The translations under genes were made by a program, and so were the position numbers. The notes beneath the pieces were generated by a model. The model saw only the letters and a program-made list of their open reading frames with translations. It did no database searches and had not been told where the DNA came from. Shown one piece after another: positions 8,400 through 16,668 of a stretch of DNA of 64,000 nucleotides. Each line of letters starts with the position of its first letter. Positions within the stretch are counted from its first letter, which is position 1. This DNA is from an uncultured Candidatus Saccharibacteria bacterium (GTDB lineage: Bacteria > Patescibacteriota > Minisyncoccia > Portnoybacterales > UBA2143), in contig CAYPQZ010000008.1 in the NCBI GenBank assembly GCA_964413015.1, forward strand, positions 111,626 to 175,625, read 5' to 3'.

Positions 8400-8435
8400 C
8401 GAGACCGTCCCTTTCGTCCGCTCAGGCACCTCTCC
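8400..8435 (-). pseudogene. Duplicated 5' half of tRNA-Ser(CGA)
   Basis: 36 bp identical to 8043-8078, ending inside the anticodon. Confidence 0.85.
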
Positions 8436-8452
8436 ATATGTATTTTTTGTTT

Positions 8453-8529
8453 TGGTGGGCGGTGAGGGATTCGAACCCCCGACCTTCTGGGTGTAGACCA
8501 GACGCTCTAACCAGCTGAGCTAACCGCCC
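8453..8529 (-). tRNA. tRNA-Val(TAC)
   Basis: Cloverleaf, loop TC-TAC-AC, encoded CCA. Confidence 0.93.
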
Positions 8530-8650
8530 TTACGAATTTTCTTCAAATTTGTAATTTGGCGAGAAGATTCAACATCCACTTCTGGCGGATAATATCATTA
8601 TCATACCGCTAATCTTTTGAAAAATCCAGTTTTCTTGCTATAATCTGGTT

Positions 8651-10036
8651 ATGTTCGGATTTTTGAGAAAGAAATATTTTGCCCGGCCTTTATCACAGGA
8701 TGCGGGAAGAAGCGACTTTGATCAGACTATAAAGATAGAAAAGAATTTTTGGGACCAGGTTAAAAAAGTTCACTTTATTGGGATCGGTGGAATCGGAGTG
8801 TCAGCGTTGGCCCAAATGGCTCTTTTGCTGGATAAGCAGGTAGTTGGGTCTGATTTATCGTTCGGGCCGGCCTTAAAGAAAATTAAAAAATTAGGCGGTC
8901 AAATTTTTATTGGCCATAGAGAATCGAATCTTAATAAAGACGCAGATATTGTTATTTATTCGCCTGCTGTTAAAAATGACAACTCTGAGTTAATTTTAGC
9001 GAGGAAATTGAATATTCCCGCTTACTCTTATCCTCAAGCGCTGGGCTTAATCTCAAAAGGTAAATACATGCTGGCGGTTTCCGGCGCTCACGGGAAAACT
9101 ACCACTACGGCCATGCTGGCTGAAATTATGATTGCCGAAAAAAAAGAACCTACGGTAGTAATTGGTTCTTTTTTAAACAAACAAAAAGGCAATTTTATTT
9201 TAGGCAAAAGCAAATACTTCATTGTTGAGGCCTGTGAATATCAAGAATCCTTTCTTAATCTTGAACCGGATGTTTTAATAATTACCAATATTGACAACGA
9301 CCATCTTGATTATTACGGGACAATTAAAAAAATTCAGAAGGCCTTTGCTAAATTAATTTCAAAGGTTCCTCGAGATGGATTTGTAGTTTGTAATCCTAAT
9401 GACGAAAAAGTTAAATCGGCCTTATCAATGGCCGACTGCAAAGCAAAAATAGTTGATTATTCAAAAGAAATATCGAATATTGAACTACTGGTTCCTGGCC
9501 GGCATAATATTCTGAATGCCCAAGCCGCTTTGGCGGCGGTTAAAGCAACGGGCGTTAAAGAAGAAAAAGCGCTAGGAGCGCTTAAAAAGTTTTCCGGGAC
9601 TTGGCGCCGTTTTGAATACAAAGGCAAAACTAAAAAAGGCGCTTTGGTTTATGATGATTACGCACATCACCCAACGGAAGTCAAAGCAACTTTAAAAACA
9701 GTTAGAGAAAAATTTCCCGATAAAGAAATTACGGTTGTTTTCCAGCCGCATTTATATTCCAGAACCAAATTTTTATTAGGTGATTTTGCTAAAAGTTTTA
9801 ATCAGGCTGACCGGGCAATTATTACTGACATTTACGCGGCTCGAGAAAAAGACGACGGAAGCATTCACGCTAGAGACTTAGCCGAAGGAATCAGTAAATT
9901 TAATGAGCGTGTTAGATATGTGTCAAGTTTTTCAGAGGTAAAAGAATATTTGAAAAACAAGTTGGGCAAAAACGGCGTTATTATCACTATGGGCGCCGGA
10001 GATGTTTACGAAATCGGCGAGGCGTTAATAAAATAA
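8651..10036 (+). CDS. murC: UDP-N-acetylmuramate--L-alanine ligase
   Basis: HFIGIGGIGVS, GAHGKTTT, EACE, DHLDYY, RRFE, DDYAHHPTE, FQPH, MGAGD. Confidence 0.95.
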   Translation: MFGFLRKKYFARPLSQDAGRSDFDQTIKIEKNFWDQVKKVHFIGIGGIGVSALAQMALLLDKQVVGSDLSFGPALKKIKKLGGQIFIGHRESNLNKDADIVIYSPAVKNDNSELILARKLNIPAYSYPQALGLISKGKYMLAVSGAHGKTTTTAMLAEIMIAEKKEPTVVIGSFLNKQKGNFILGKSKYFIVEACEYQESFLNLEPDVLIITNIDNDHLDYYGTIKKIQKAFAKLISKVPRDGFVVCNPNDEKVKSALSMADCKAKIVDYSKEISNIELLVPGRHNILNAQAALAAVKATGVKEEKALGALKKFSGTWRRFEYKGKTKKGALVYDDYAHHPTEVKATLKTVREKFPDKEITVVFQPHLYSRTKFLLGDFAKSFNQADRAIITDIYAAREKDDGSIHARDLAEGISKFNERVRYVSSFSEVKEYLKNKLGKNGVIITMGAGDVYEIGEALIK

Positions 10037-10050
10037 ATAAAGTGGAAATC

Positions 10051-10079
10051 AAAAAAGGCATCCGAATGGATGCCTTTTT
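10051..10079. terminator. Bidirectional intrinsic terminator
   Basis: AAAAAAGGCATCC-GAAT-GGATGCCTTTTT. Confidence 0.8.
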
Positions 10080-10121
10080 ATTATGTTTTTGGGAAGAAGT
10101 ATTATTAAAGATTTGGTTTAG

Positions 10122-10204
10122 TGCCCAGGGCGGGACTCGAACCCGCACGTCCCGAAAGACATAGCTCCTCAAGCTACCGCGTATGCCAATTCCGCCACCT
10201 GGGC
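10122..10204 (-). tRNA. tRNA-Leu(GAG)
   Basis: Type II cloverleaf, anticodon GAG. Confidence 0.95.
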
Positions 10205-10214
10205 TTTATTCCCT

Positions 10215-10589
10215 TTATTGCTTTTTAGTTTCAGTTTTTTGTTTAGGGGTGATTTCCTTAAGTCGAGCCTGTTTGGCTGATTTGTCTCGGATATAATAAA
10301 GTTTGGCTCGGCGGACTTTGTATTTTTTTACTACTTCTATATTTTCAATAAAAGGCGCGTGGATAGGGAAAATTCTTTCCACTCCGACTCCGGAAGCGAC
10401 TCTCCGAACAGTAATAGTCGCGTTAATTCCTTTGCCGTGTTTGCGAGCAATAACCAATCCTTCAAAGGATTGGATTCTTTGTTTGTCTTTTTCCTTTATC
10501 TTCTGATGAACCTTAACAACATAACCCGGCCTGATTTCAGGCAGGTCCTTTTTTAATTGTTTCTTATTAAATGAATCAAGTTTGTTCAT
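10215..10589 (-). CDS. rplS: 50S ribosomal protein L19
   Basis: RIQSFEGLVI, GVGVERIFP, VRRAKLYYIR. Confidence 0.97.
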   Translation of the reverse strand: MNKLDSFNKKQLKKDLPEIRPGYVVKVHQKIKEKDKQRIQSFEGLVIARKHGKGINATITVRRVASGVGVERIFPIHAPFIENIEVVKKYKVRRAKLYYIRDKSAKQARLKEITPKQKTETKKQ

Positions 10590-11263
10590 AATTCTTGAAG
10601 AATATTTTTTAATTCCTCTGGCAAATCCGATTTAAGCTCCATTATCTTACCATCAGGCGATTTAAATTTCAAGTAAGCGGCGTGGAGAAACTGCCTTTTT
10701 AAGCTATCCGGTTGCGGTTGCCTTTTAAATTTATATTGCTGGTCGCCGGCGATTGGATGGCCGATAGAAGCTAAATGGACTCTAATTTGATGAGTCCGGC
10801 CGGTTCTAATCTGAACTTCCAGCAGGGTATAGTCGGAAAATCTTTTTATAACCTTATATTCAGTCCAGGCCGGTTTAGCTTTTTCGTCTAACAAGACGCT
10901 TCTTTTTTTATAGTCTTTTTTAGAAAAGCTGATTGATTTGGTAATGGTTCCTTTTCCATCTTTCACTTGTCCGTGAACCAGAGCCAAGTATTTTTTTGTT
11001 ATTTTTCTTCCTTGAAACTGTTTTTTTAAATAATTGAAGGCGGAATTGTTTTTAGCTATAATCATTAAGCCGGAGGTATCTTTGTCTAAACGGTGGACAA
11101 TTCCCGGCCGCAAAGGGTCATCGCCGACATTTTTAATTTCCGGATAATAATCAAGCAGCCAATCAATCAAAGTATTTTTTTGACCTGCTTTAAGCGGATG
11201 AACCAATAAGCCAGCTGACTTATCAATAATCAGCTGGTCCTTGTCTTCAAAGATAATTTTCAT
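10586..11263 (-). CDS. RluA/RluD-family pseudouridine synthase (no S4 domain)
   Basis: HRLDKDTSG, TGRTHQIRVH, GHPIAGD, FLHA; likely start MKIIFED at 11263. Confidence 0.9.
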   Translation of the reverse strand: MKIIFEDKDQLIIDKSAGLLVHPLKAGQKNTLIDWLLDYYPEIKNVGDDPLRPGIVHRLDKDTSGLMIIAKNNSAFNYLKKQFQGRKITKKYLALVHGQVKDGKGTITKSISFSKKDYKKRSVLLDEKAKPAWTEYKVIKRFSDYTLLEVQIRTGRTHQIRVHLASIGHPIAGDQQYKFKRQPQPDSLKRQFLHAAYLKFKSPDGKIMELKSDLPEELKNILQEL

Positions 11264-11279
11264 GTATATAGTTATTAAT

Positions 11280-11361
11280 TTTAATGTACGGCGGCTCATC
11301 CGAAGTTTTTGGAGGCAAGTATTCTTGCTGACAAAAATTTTGGATAGCCGACTGTTGTGCG
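11280..11361 (-). mobile_element. Degenerate attC-like recombination site
   Basis: Minus strand: CACAAC, then CGGCTATCC pairing with GGATGAGCCG with one unpaired G; distal GTT decayed to ATT. Confidence 0.5.
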
Positions 11362-11441
11362 ATGTGTCGCGTACCCGCGACCGAGCCAACAGACGGCGGA
11401 GCCGCCGCACATTGTACAAAAGGAAGTTACTGTGACATTTT

Positions 11442-11514
11442 GCGCAACATCAGGGTTATACAAGGGTGAGCGACCGCAAGGAGCGAAAGCGCAGCGTCCC
11501 CTTTAGCGTTGCCC
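11442..11514 (-). mobile_element. attC-like site closing the MazG-like cassette
   Basis: Minus strand GGGCAAC...GTTGCGC with internal AAGGG/CCCTT pairing, 10 nt after the cassette stop. Confidence 0.55.
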
Positions 11515-11524
11515 GTAGTCCGCG

Positions 11525-11875
11525 TTACTTTTTAGTCAAATTATTTTCAGGATTTTTATGATTATACTTCGCAAGAATTTCGGTCTTGACTAAATTGAAA
11601 GCTTCTTCAATATCCACACCAAGTTGATTGGCAAGACGACAAATTCCGAAAAACAAATCACCTACACCATCAACAAAAATTGCTTTATTTTCTTCCACAA
11701 ATTTTTTGCGTTCTTCTTCTGACTTATATCTCAAATGTTGAGACATTTCAATAAGTTCTTCATGTAAATGGTCAAACTTATCAACATTTGGAACATCTTT
11801 CCAATTATTTCGCTCAGCAAAAAATTTGAGCAATTTTTGAGCATCTTTTATTGTTGTGATTTGTTTTTCTTCCAT
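11525..11875 (-). CDS. MazG-like (all-alpha) NTP pyrophosphohydrolase, cassette-borne
   Basis: F..ERNW, HLHEELIEM, DGVGDL, LANQLGVDIEEA. Confidence 0.75.
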   Translation of the reverse strand: MEEKQITTIKDAQKLLKFFAERNNWKDVPNVDKFDHLHEELIEMSQHLRYKSEEERKKFVEENKAIFVDGVGDLFFGICRLANQLGVDIEEAFNLVKTEILAKYNHKNPENNLTKK

Positions 11876-12071
11876 ATGATTAAATAAAAATCCTGAACTT
11901 TATAAATTAATTGATTAAACGAACGGAGGGCAATGTCGTATAACTCGCTTTTATGCGAATTGAATAAGTAATATCAACATTTTATTGTATATTATACGAA
12001 CTTAATGTATGATTATAGCAAACTTACTAATAATCATTTACTAAATTTAGTTTAGCAACCTCCACAAAATT

Positions 12072-12884
12072 ATGCAAGAATATTTAGAGAAAGCAAAACA
12101 GGAATTAAGACTAAGAAATTACAGTTTTAAAACTATGAAAGCTTATCTGATTTGCTTGAGAGAGTATTTTAACTTTCAAAAAATAGATTTAGAGAGAATA
12201 GATGAAGAGAATATAAAAGAATTTTTACTGAATAAACAAAGTAAAAATTATTCTTCGCAAACAATTAATCTTTATCTAAGTGCAATAAAATTTTTCTACT
12301 ACAAAGTATTGAAAATTCCTCAGAAGATAAATTTAAAATTCGCCAAACGAAATAAAAAACTGCCGATTGTTCTATCAAGAGAAGAAATTAAAAACGTCAT
12401 TGACGTAATCAGAAATCCAAAACATAAATTAATAATCTCTTTGGCTTACGGCGCCGGATTAAGAATTAGCGAGGTCGTCAATTTAAAAGTAAAAGATATC
12501 AATTTAGAAGAATTAACTATTTATCTTAAAAACGCCAAAGGGAAAAAAGACAGAATTACTATTTTCCCAGAGAAAATCAAAAATAATCTTCAAAACTTAA
12601 TCGCTGATAAAAATTTAAACGACTATCTTTTTGAAAGTGAACGAGGCGGAAAATTAACTGAACGGACAACTCAAAAAGTTTTTAAAAACGCGCTCCGAGG
12701 AGCCGGTATTAAAAAAGACGCTACTTTTCATTCATTAAGACACAGCTTTGCGACGCATTTATTAGAGAATGGCGTTGATGTCAGATATGTGCAAGAACTT
12801 TTAGGTCATCAAAATATCAGAACAACCCAAATTTATACTCAAGTAACAAATCCAAAACTTAAAAATATTAAAAGCCCATTATGA
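12072..12884 (+). CDS. Tyrosine recombinase with N-terminal SAM-like domain (integron-associated type, no IntI insertion)
   Basis: LRNYSFKT..Y, YGAGLRISE, KGKKDR, HSLRHSFATHLLE, LLGH, TTQIYT. Confidence 0.9.
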   Translation: MQEYLEKAKQELRLRNYSFKTMKAYLICLREYFNFQKIDLERIDEENIKEFLLNKQSKNYSSQTINLYLSAIKFFYYKVLKIPQKINLKFAKRNKKLPIVLSREEIKNVIDVIRNPKHKLIISLAYGAGLRISEVVNLKVKDINLEELTIYLKNAKGKKDRITIFPEKIKNNLQNLIADKNLNDYLFESERGGKLTERTTQKVFKNALRGAGIKKDATFHSLRHSFATHLLENGVDVRYVQELLGHQNIRTTQIYTQVTNPKLKNIKSPL

Positions 12885-13089
12885 TAAGTAAATTACAAGG
12901 TTACTTAGATGGTTTATAAAGACGGTACAAAAGATGTTGTAAAAAGTTTCAGCGAGCGGGTAAAAATTGGAGGGGTTCAAGGGGAGGAAAATTTTTGCCC
13001 GCGAGCCGTTAGCAAAATTGCAAAGAAATTTTGCGTCAATCAATCGGCGCCAGGATTTTGCTTAAAAGAGGTTCTGACATCGTTCAATA

Positions 13090-13166
13090 TGGTGGACCGT
13101 GGGAGATTCGAACTCCCGACCTCCGCATTGCAAATGCGGCGTTCTAGCCAACTGAACTAACGGCCC
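13090..13166 (-). tRNA. tRNA-Ala(TGC)
   Basis: Cloverleaf, anticodon TGC, encoded CCA. Confidence 0.95.
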
Positions 13167-13268
13167 TTCATCTGATTAGGATACAATTTTCGCAGAGCGA
13201 AAATTTTTTGTTTCAACGGAGCTATTGACTATAGTATAACAGATTTTGACTTAAGAAGCAAGGAACGC

Positions 13269-13298
13269 TTGACAGGATACCCCTCGGGGGTATATATT
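13269..13298 (+). promoter_or_regulatory. Promoter with CsoR/CstR-family operator ATACCCCTCGGGGGTAT between -35 and -10
   Basis: TTGACA 13269-13274, TATATT 13293-13298; ATACCCC/GGGGTAT inverted repeat 13277-13293, typical of CsoR-family operators. Confidence 0.8.
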
Positions 13299-13304
13299 AA
13301 AAAA

Positions 13305-13553
13305 ATGAAAAACAAAAAATTAATCAGACGCCTGAATATTGTTAAGGGCCAGATTGACGGACTGGCAAGAATTATGGAAAATGAAGAGGACTGCAGCAAG
13401 GTTTCAGAACAGTTTTACGCGATTAACAGCGCCTTAAAAAAAGTAATGGAGATATATTTTAAAGAGAATTTAACTTCTTGCTTAAGGTCGGTCAATTTAA
13501 AGAAGAAAAGAACAATTGACTTCTTGTTAAAAGAAATAATTAAAAATAAATAA
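13305..13553 (+). CDS. CsoR/RcnR-family repressor, CstR-like (Cys...Asn-x3-Cys)
   Basis: RRLNIVKGQIDGL..IME.E.DC..V..Q..A...AL; ENLTSC lacks the Cu-ligand His; start ATG 13305. Confidence 0.85.
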   Translation: MKNKKLIRRLNIVKGQIDGLARIMENEEDCSKVSEQFYAINSALKKVMEIYFKENLTSCLRSVNLKKKRTIDFLLKEIIKNK

Positions 13554-13557
13554 ATCA

Positions 13558-14268
13558 ATGCTAGAATTAACCGATGAAAATTTTGAAGAAGCCATAAAAA
13601 AAGCGGACAAGCCGCTTTTAGTCGACTTTTGGGCTACCTGGTGCAGCCCTTGCCTGATTCTTTCACCGATTCTGGAGAAAATAGCCCAGGATTACAAATC
13701 AAAAATAGAAATAGCGAAAGTTAATGTTGATTCCGCCCCGACGGTCTCGCAGAAATTTGAAATACAGAATATCCCAACTGTGATTCTTTTTAACCAAACC
13801 GAACCGGTTGACGGTTTTGTCGGTGTCCGGCCGGAATCGCTGATTAAGGAATGGCTGGATAAAATTTTAGAAACGGTCGGTCAAGAGCAAGAACTAAAAA
13901 ACGGTGTGGAAACAGAGGAAAACAAAGAAGGAAGAAAGGAGGATCAGGTAAAATCCAAAAAGATGGAATCAAAAAAGGGAAAAAGCGAACCACAAGAAGA
14001 CGACGAGAGAAAAATCAGTCGGACAATCAAGTGGTATGAGGAATACGCTCAAAAGAATGGTTTAAAGCTGAATTCGGATGAGGAAATGGTCCGCGGCTTA
14101 ATTAAGGGGCTTTTAAAAAATGAAGACAAGCACGGAGCAAGATATTGCCCTTGCCGGAGAATTGCCGGAGACATTGAGGAAGACCGGCCCAAAATTTGTC
14201 CCTGTCAATGGCATCGGGAAGAAATTAAAAAAGATGGCCGCTGTTTTTGCGGACTTTTTGTAAAATGA
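13558..14268 (+). CDS. Thioredoxin fused to ferredoxin:thioredoxin reductase catalytic domain
   Basis: N-terminal WATWCSPC Trx fold; charged linker; C-terminal YCPCR...ICPC...RCFCGLF. Confidence 0.88.
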   Translation: MLELTDENFEEAIKKADKPLLVDFWATWCSPCLILSPILEKIAQDYKSKIEIAKVNVDSAPTVSQKFEIQNIPTVILFNQTEPVDGFVGVRPESLIKEWLDKILETVGQEQELKNGVETEENKEGRKEDQVKSKKMESKKGKSEPQEDDERKISRTIKWYEEYAQKNGLKLNSDEEMVRGLIKGLLKNEDKHGARYCPCRRIAGDIEEDRPKICPCQWHREEIKKDGRCFCGLFVK

Positions 14269-14774
14269 ATTTAATTTTTTCTTTTATCGTATCTTTAGTT
14301 TTTTATCTAGCATTGACTTTTGGCTCGGGGAGTATCTTATATTGGAGCAGAGAAGAGATTGTCTTAGGGGTCATTTTATCTGCTTTAACCGGAATAATAG
14401 CCCAGCGAATTTTTAAACCGCTCAAAATCGGGATAAGCCCGAAACTGTTAAATCCTTTAAGGTGGGTTTTATTTTTAGTATATCTGTTCGTCCCTTTCTT
14501 AATTAGCGTTGTCAAAGCCAATTTAGAAGTTGCTTACCGGATTATCACCAATCGAATAAAACCGGGCATTGTTAAAATATCGCCTGACCTGAAGACTGAT
14601 TTAGGTTTAACTTTGCTGGCTAATTCCATCACTCTGACGCCCGGGACATTGTCGGTCGATTTAGACCAAGAGAAAAATCTTTACGTTCATTGCCTCTGGG
14701 TTAAAGATAAAAAGCCCGGCGCCAAGCCATTGGCTTTTAAAGCCGCCAAGTGGATTAAAATAATCACTGAATAG
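14265..14774 (+). CDS. Mrp subunit E (MbhA/MbxA-like)
   Basis: ANLEVA...PGIV...LANSITLTPGTL..D...LYVH; ATGA overlap with the upstream stop. Confidence 0.9.
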   Translation: MNLIFSFIVSLVFYLALTFGSGSILYWSREEIVLGVILSALTGIIAQRIFKPLKIGISPKLLNPLRWVLFLVYLFVPFLISVVKANLEVAYRIITNRIKPGIVKISPDLKTDLGLTLLANSITLTPGTLSVDLDQEKNLYVHCLWVKDKKPGAKPLAFKAAKWIKIITE

Positions 14775-14779
14775 TTTCA

Positions 14780-15019
14780 ATGTGGCAAATAATCGCTTTA
14801 ATCATTTCTGTTTTTATTATTATCGTCTTGATGAGAATTTCCCTAGTCAGGACGATTTTTGACAAATTGGTTATTCTAGACGTGGCTAACACTTTAGTTA
14901 TCACTTTACTGATAACGTTGGCAATTGCCTGGCAAGAGTTTTTTTTAATTGACGTGGCCATTGTTTACGCTTTTCTTTCTTTTGTAGGCTTAATCTATTT
15001 TGTTAAATACGTCCGATAA
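14780..15019 (+). CDS. Mrp subunit F (MbhB-like)
   Basis: TIFDKLVILD...DVAIVYAFLSFVG. Confidence 0.85.
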   Translation: MWQIIALIISVFIIIVLMRISLVRTIFDKLVILDVANTLVITLLITLAIAWQEFFLIDVAIVYAFLSFVGLIYFVKYVR

Positions 15020-15027
15020 AAACGCCT

Positions 15028-15354
15028 ATGTTTTTATTTTATTTCTTTATTGCCGTCAGTTTGATTTTTTTCGCCTTAAGTATTTTAGGCCTGTTCCGGC
15101 TACCCGATGTTTATACCAGATTGCATTGTTCCAGCTTGGCACTGACTTTTGGTTTTGTTTTTTTTGTTCTGTCTGTGGTGACTTATTTTTCAGCTGCGGT
15201 CGAAAGCAACTTTTCAGCGATTGTCCGCGTTTTTTTAGTCGCTTTAATTGTTCTGTTAGTCGGTCCGGTTTTATCGCACGCCATCGCCAAGGCCTCATAC
15301 GAAAGCGGAGCCAAGCCGCAAAAAGCGGAGAAAGGCAAATTTAACCAATTTTAA
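15028..15354 (+). CDS. Mrp subunit G (MbhC-like)
   Basis: GLFRLPDVYTRLH...P..SHAIAKA. Confidence 0.88.
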   Translation: MFLFYFFIAVSLIFFALSILGLFRLPDVYTRLHCSSLALTFGFVFFVLSVVTYFSAAVESNFSAIVRVFLVALIVLLVGPVLSHAIAKASYESGAKPQKAEKGKFNQF

Positions 15355-15358
15355 TCAA

Positions 15359-15613
15359 ATGGTTTTCCCCTGGGAACAAATTATTCAGTTTTTAATTTTA
15401 AGCGCTATGGTTTTGTCGGCCTTTTTAGCGCTGAAAAGCAGAAATCTGTTCGCTTCAATCGCTTATTTGGCGGCGATGAGCTTAATGCTGGCCGCGGAAT
15501 TTTATTTACTGCGGGCGCCGGATGTGGCTATGGCCGAAGCGGCCGTAGGAGCGGGTTTGTCTTCGGCTATCTATCTGGCGGCTGTTTACCGCCTTAAACA
15601 GCTTAAAAAATAA
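15359..15613 (+). CDS. MbhD-like / DUF4040 subunit
   Basis: LRAPDVAMAEAAVGAG. Confidence 0.88.
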   Translation: MVFPWEQIIQFLILSAMVLSAFLALKSRNLFASIAYLAAMSLMLAAEFYLLRAPDVAMAEAAVGAGLSSAIYLAAVYRLKQLKK

Positions 15614-15617
15614 TCTT

Positions 15618-15920
15618 ATGTTTGAGAAAAGCAGAAAATATAATTTTCAGAAAACCAAAATAACTGCTTTGGTGATTTTATTTATTTTTCTGCTCTTCAT
15701 TTTGTGGTCTCTTCATCCTTGCGGGCAGCCAAAAGCAACCAAGATGGATGACTATTTTCTCCGAAATGCTCAAGAGCAGACTGGCAGCAACAATGTTGTT
15801 ACCAGTATCATTTTTGATTATCGTGGACTAGATACTTTAGGCGAAGCGACTGTTTTATTCGCGGCTGCTATGGGAGTATTTTTTGTTTTTAATCCTAAGA
15901 AAAAATTGCCGTTAGATTGA
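15618..15920 (+). CDS. MbhE-like subunit
   Basis: NVVTSIIFDYRGLDTLGEATVL. Confidence 0.88.
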   Translation: MFEKSRKYNFQKTKITALVILFIFLLFILWSLHPCGQPKATKMDDYFLRNAQEQTGSNNVVTSIIFDYRGLDTLGEATVLFAAAMGVFFVFNPKKKLPLD

Positions 15921-15923
15921 ACT

Positions 15924-16364
15924 ATGACTAGAATAGTTAAAACAACCAGTTTAATAATTTTTGCTCCGATAGTTTTATTCGGCTTATATATTATTTCCCA
16001 TGGCCATTTGACTCCCGGTGGCGGATTCCAAGGAGGAGCGGTGGCGGCTTCAGCCATTGCGCTGGTCTGGGCGGTTTTTAGAAGCGAAACCAAATTCTCC
16101 GCCGGATTATTCTCGTTCTTGGAATCTTTAGGGTTGTTTCTCTTTATCTTGCTGGCTTTCGGCGGTCTGGCTAGGCAAACGTTTTTATCCAATTTTTTAG
16201 CCAATACGCCGGGCTTTTTCGGACAGACAATTAATTTCGGAGTTAATCCCGGCTTTTTAGCTAGTGGCGGAGTTATCCCTTTAATGAATCTGGCCATTGG
16301 CCTGGAGGTCTTTGCGGCCTTGTCGCTGGTGATTATATTAATAGCCGGGCAAAAACATGATTAG
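15924..16364 (+). CDS. MrpB-domain subunit (MbhF-like)
   Basis: HGHLTPGGGFQGG; GGVIPLMNLAIGLEV. Confidence 0.88.
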   Translation: MTRIVKTTSLIIFAPIVLFGLYIISHGHLTPGGGFQGGAVAASAIALVWAVFRSETKFSAGLFSFLESLGLFLFILLAFGGLARQTFLSNFLANTPGFFGQTINFGVNPGFLASGGVIPLMNLAIGLEVFAALSLVIILIAGQKHD

Positions 16365-16665
16365 CTTTGTTTATCTATTCGCTTTCTTGCTCCTGGCGAT
16401 TGGAATTTCAGGAGCAGTTTTCAAGAAAAACCTGATTAAAGTGGCGATGTCCATTAATATTATTAGTAACGGAGTGAATTTATTTTTAATCAGTTTGGGG
16501 TATCGGACAGGAGGAGTGGCTCCAATTTTCACCAATGCGGTCGGTGTAGATATGGTCTTGCCGACTTCTCAAGCTTTGGTTCTAACTAGTATTGTCATTA
16601 ACCTGGCAGTAACCGCTTTTCTGGTTTCTTTGGCCGCTTTGCTTAGTCAGAAAAAGCATTCTTAA
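16357..16665 (+). CDS. Mrp subunit C (MbhG-like)
   Basis: KKNLIK...GVNLFL...QALVLTSIVI. Confidence 0.88.
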   Translation: MISFVYLFAFLLLAIGISGAVFKKNLIKVAMSINIISNGVNLFLISLGYRTGGVAPIFTNAVGVDMVLPTSQALVLTSIVINLAVTAFLVSLAALLSQKKHS

Positions 16666-16668
16666 CTT

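Noticed and set aside
11264-11419. N-terminal extension of the RluA ORF
   Set aside because: It is the translation of attC-like palindromes; the family-typical start is MKIIFED at 11263.
12072-13089. Prophage or ICE integrated at tRNA-Ala
   Set aside because: No phage or conjugation genes, and no duplicated tRNA 3' end was found on the far side.
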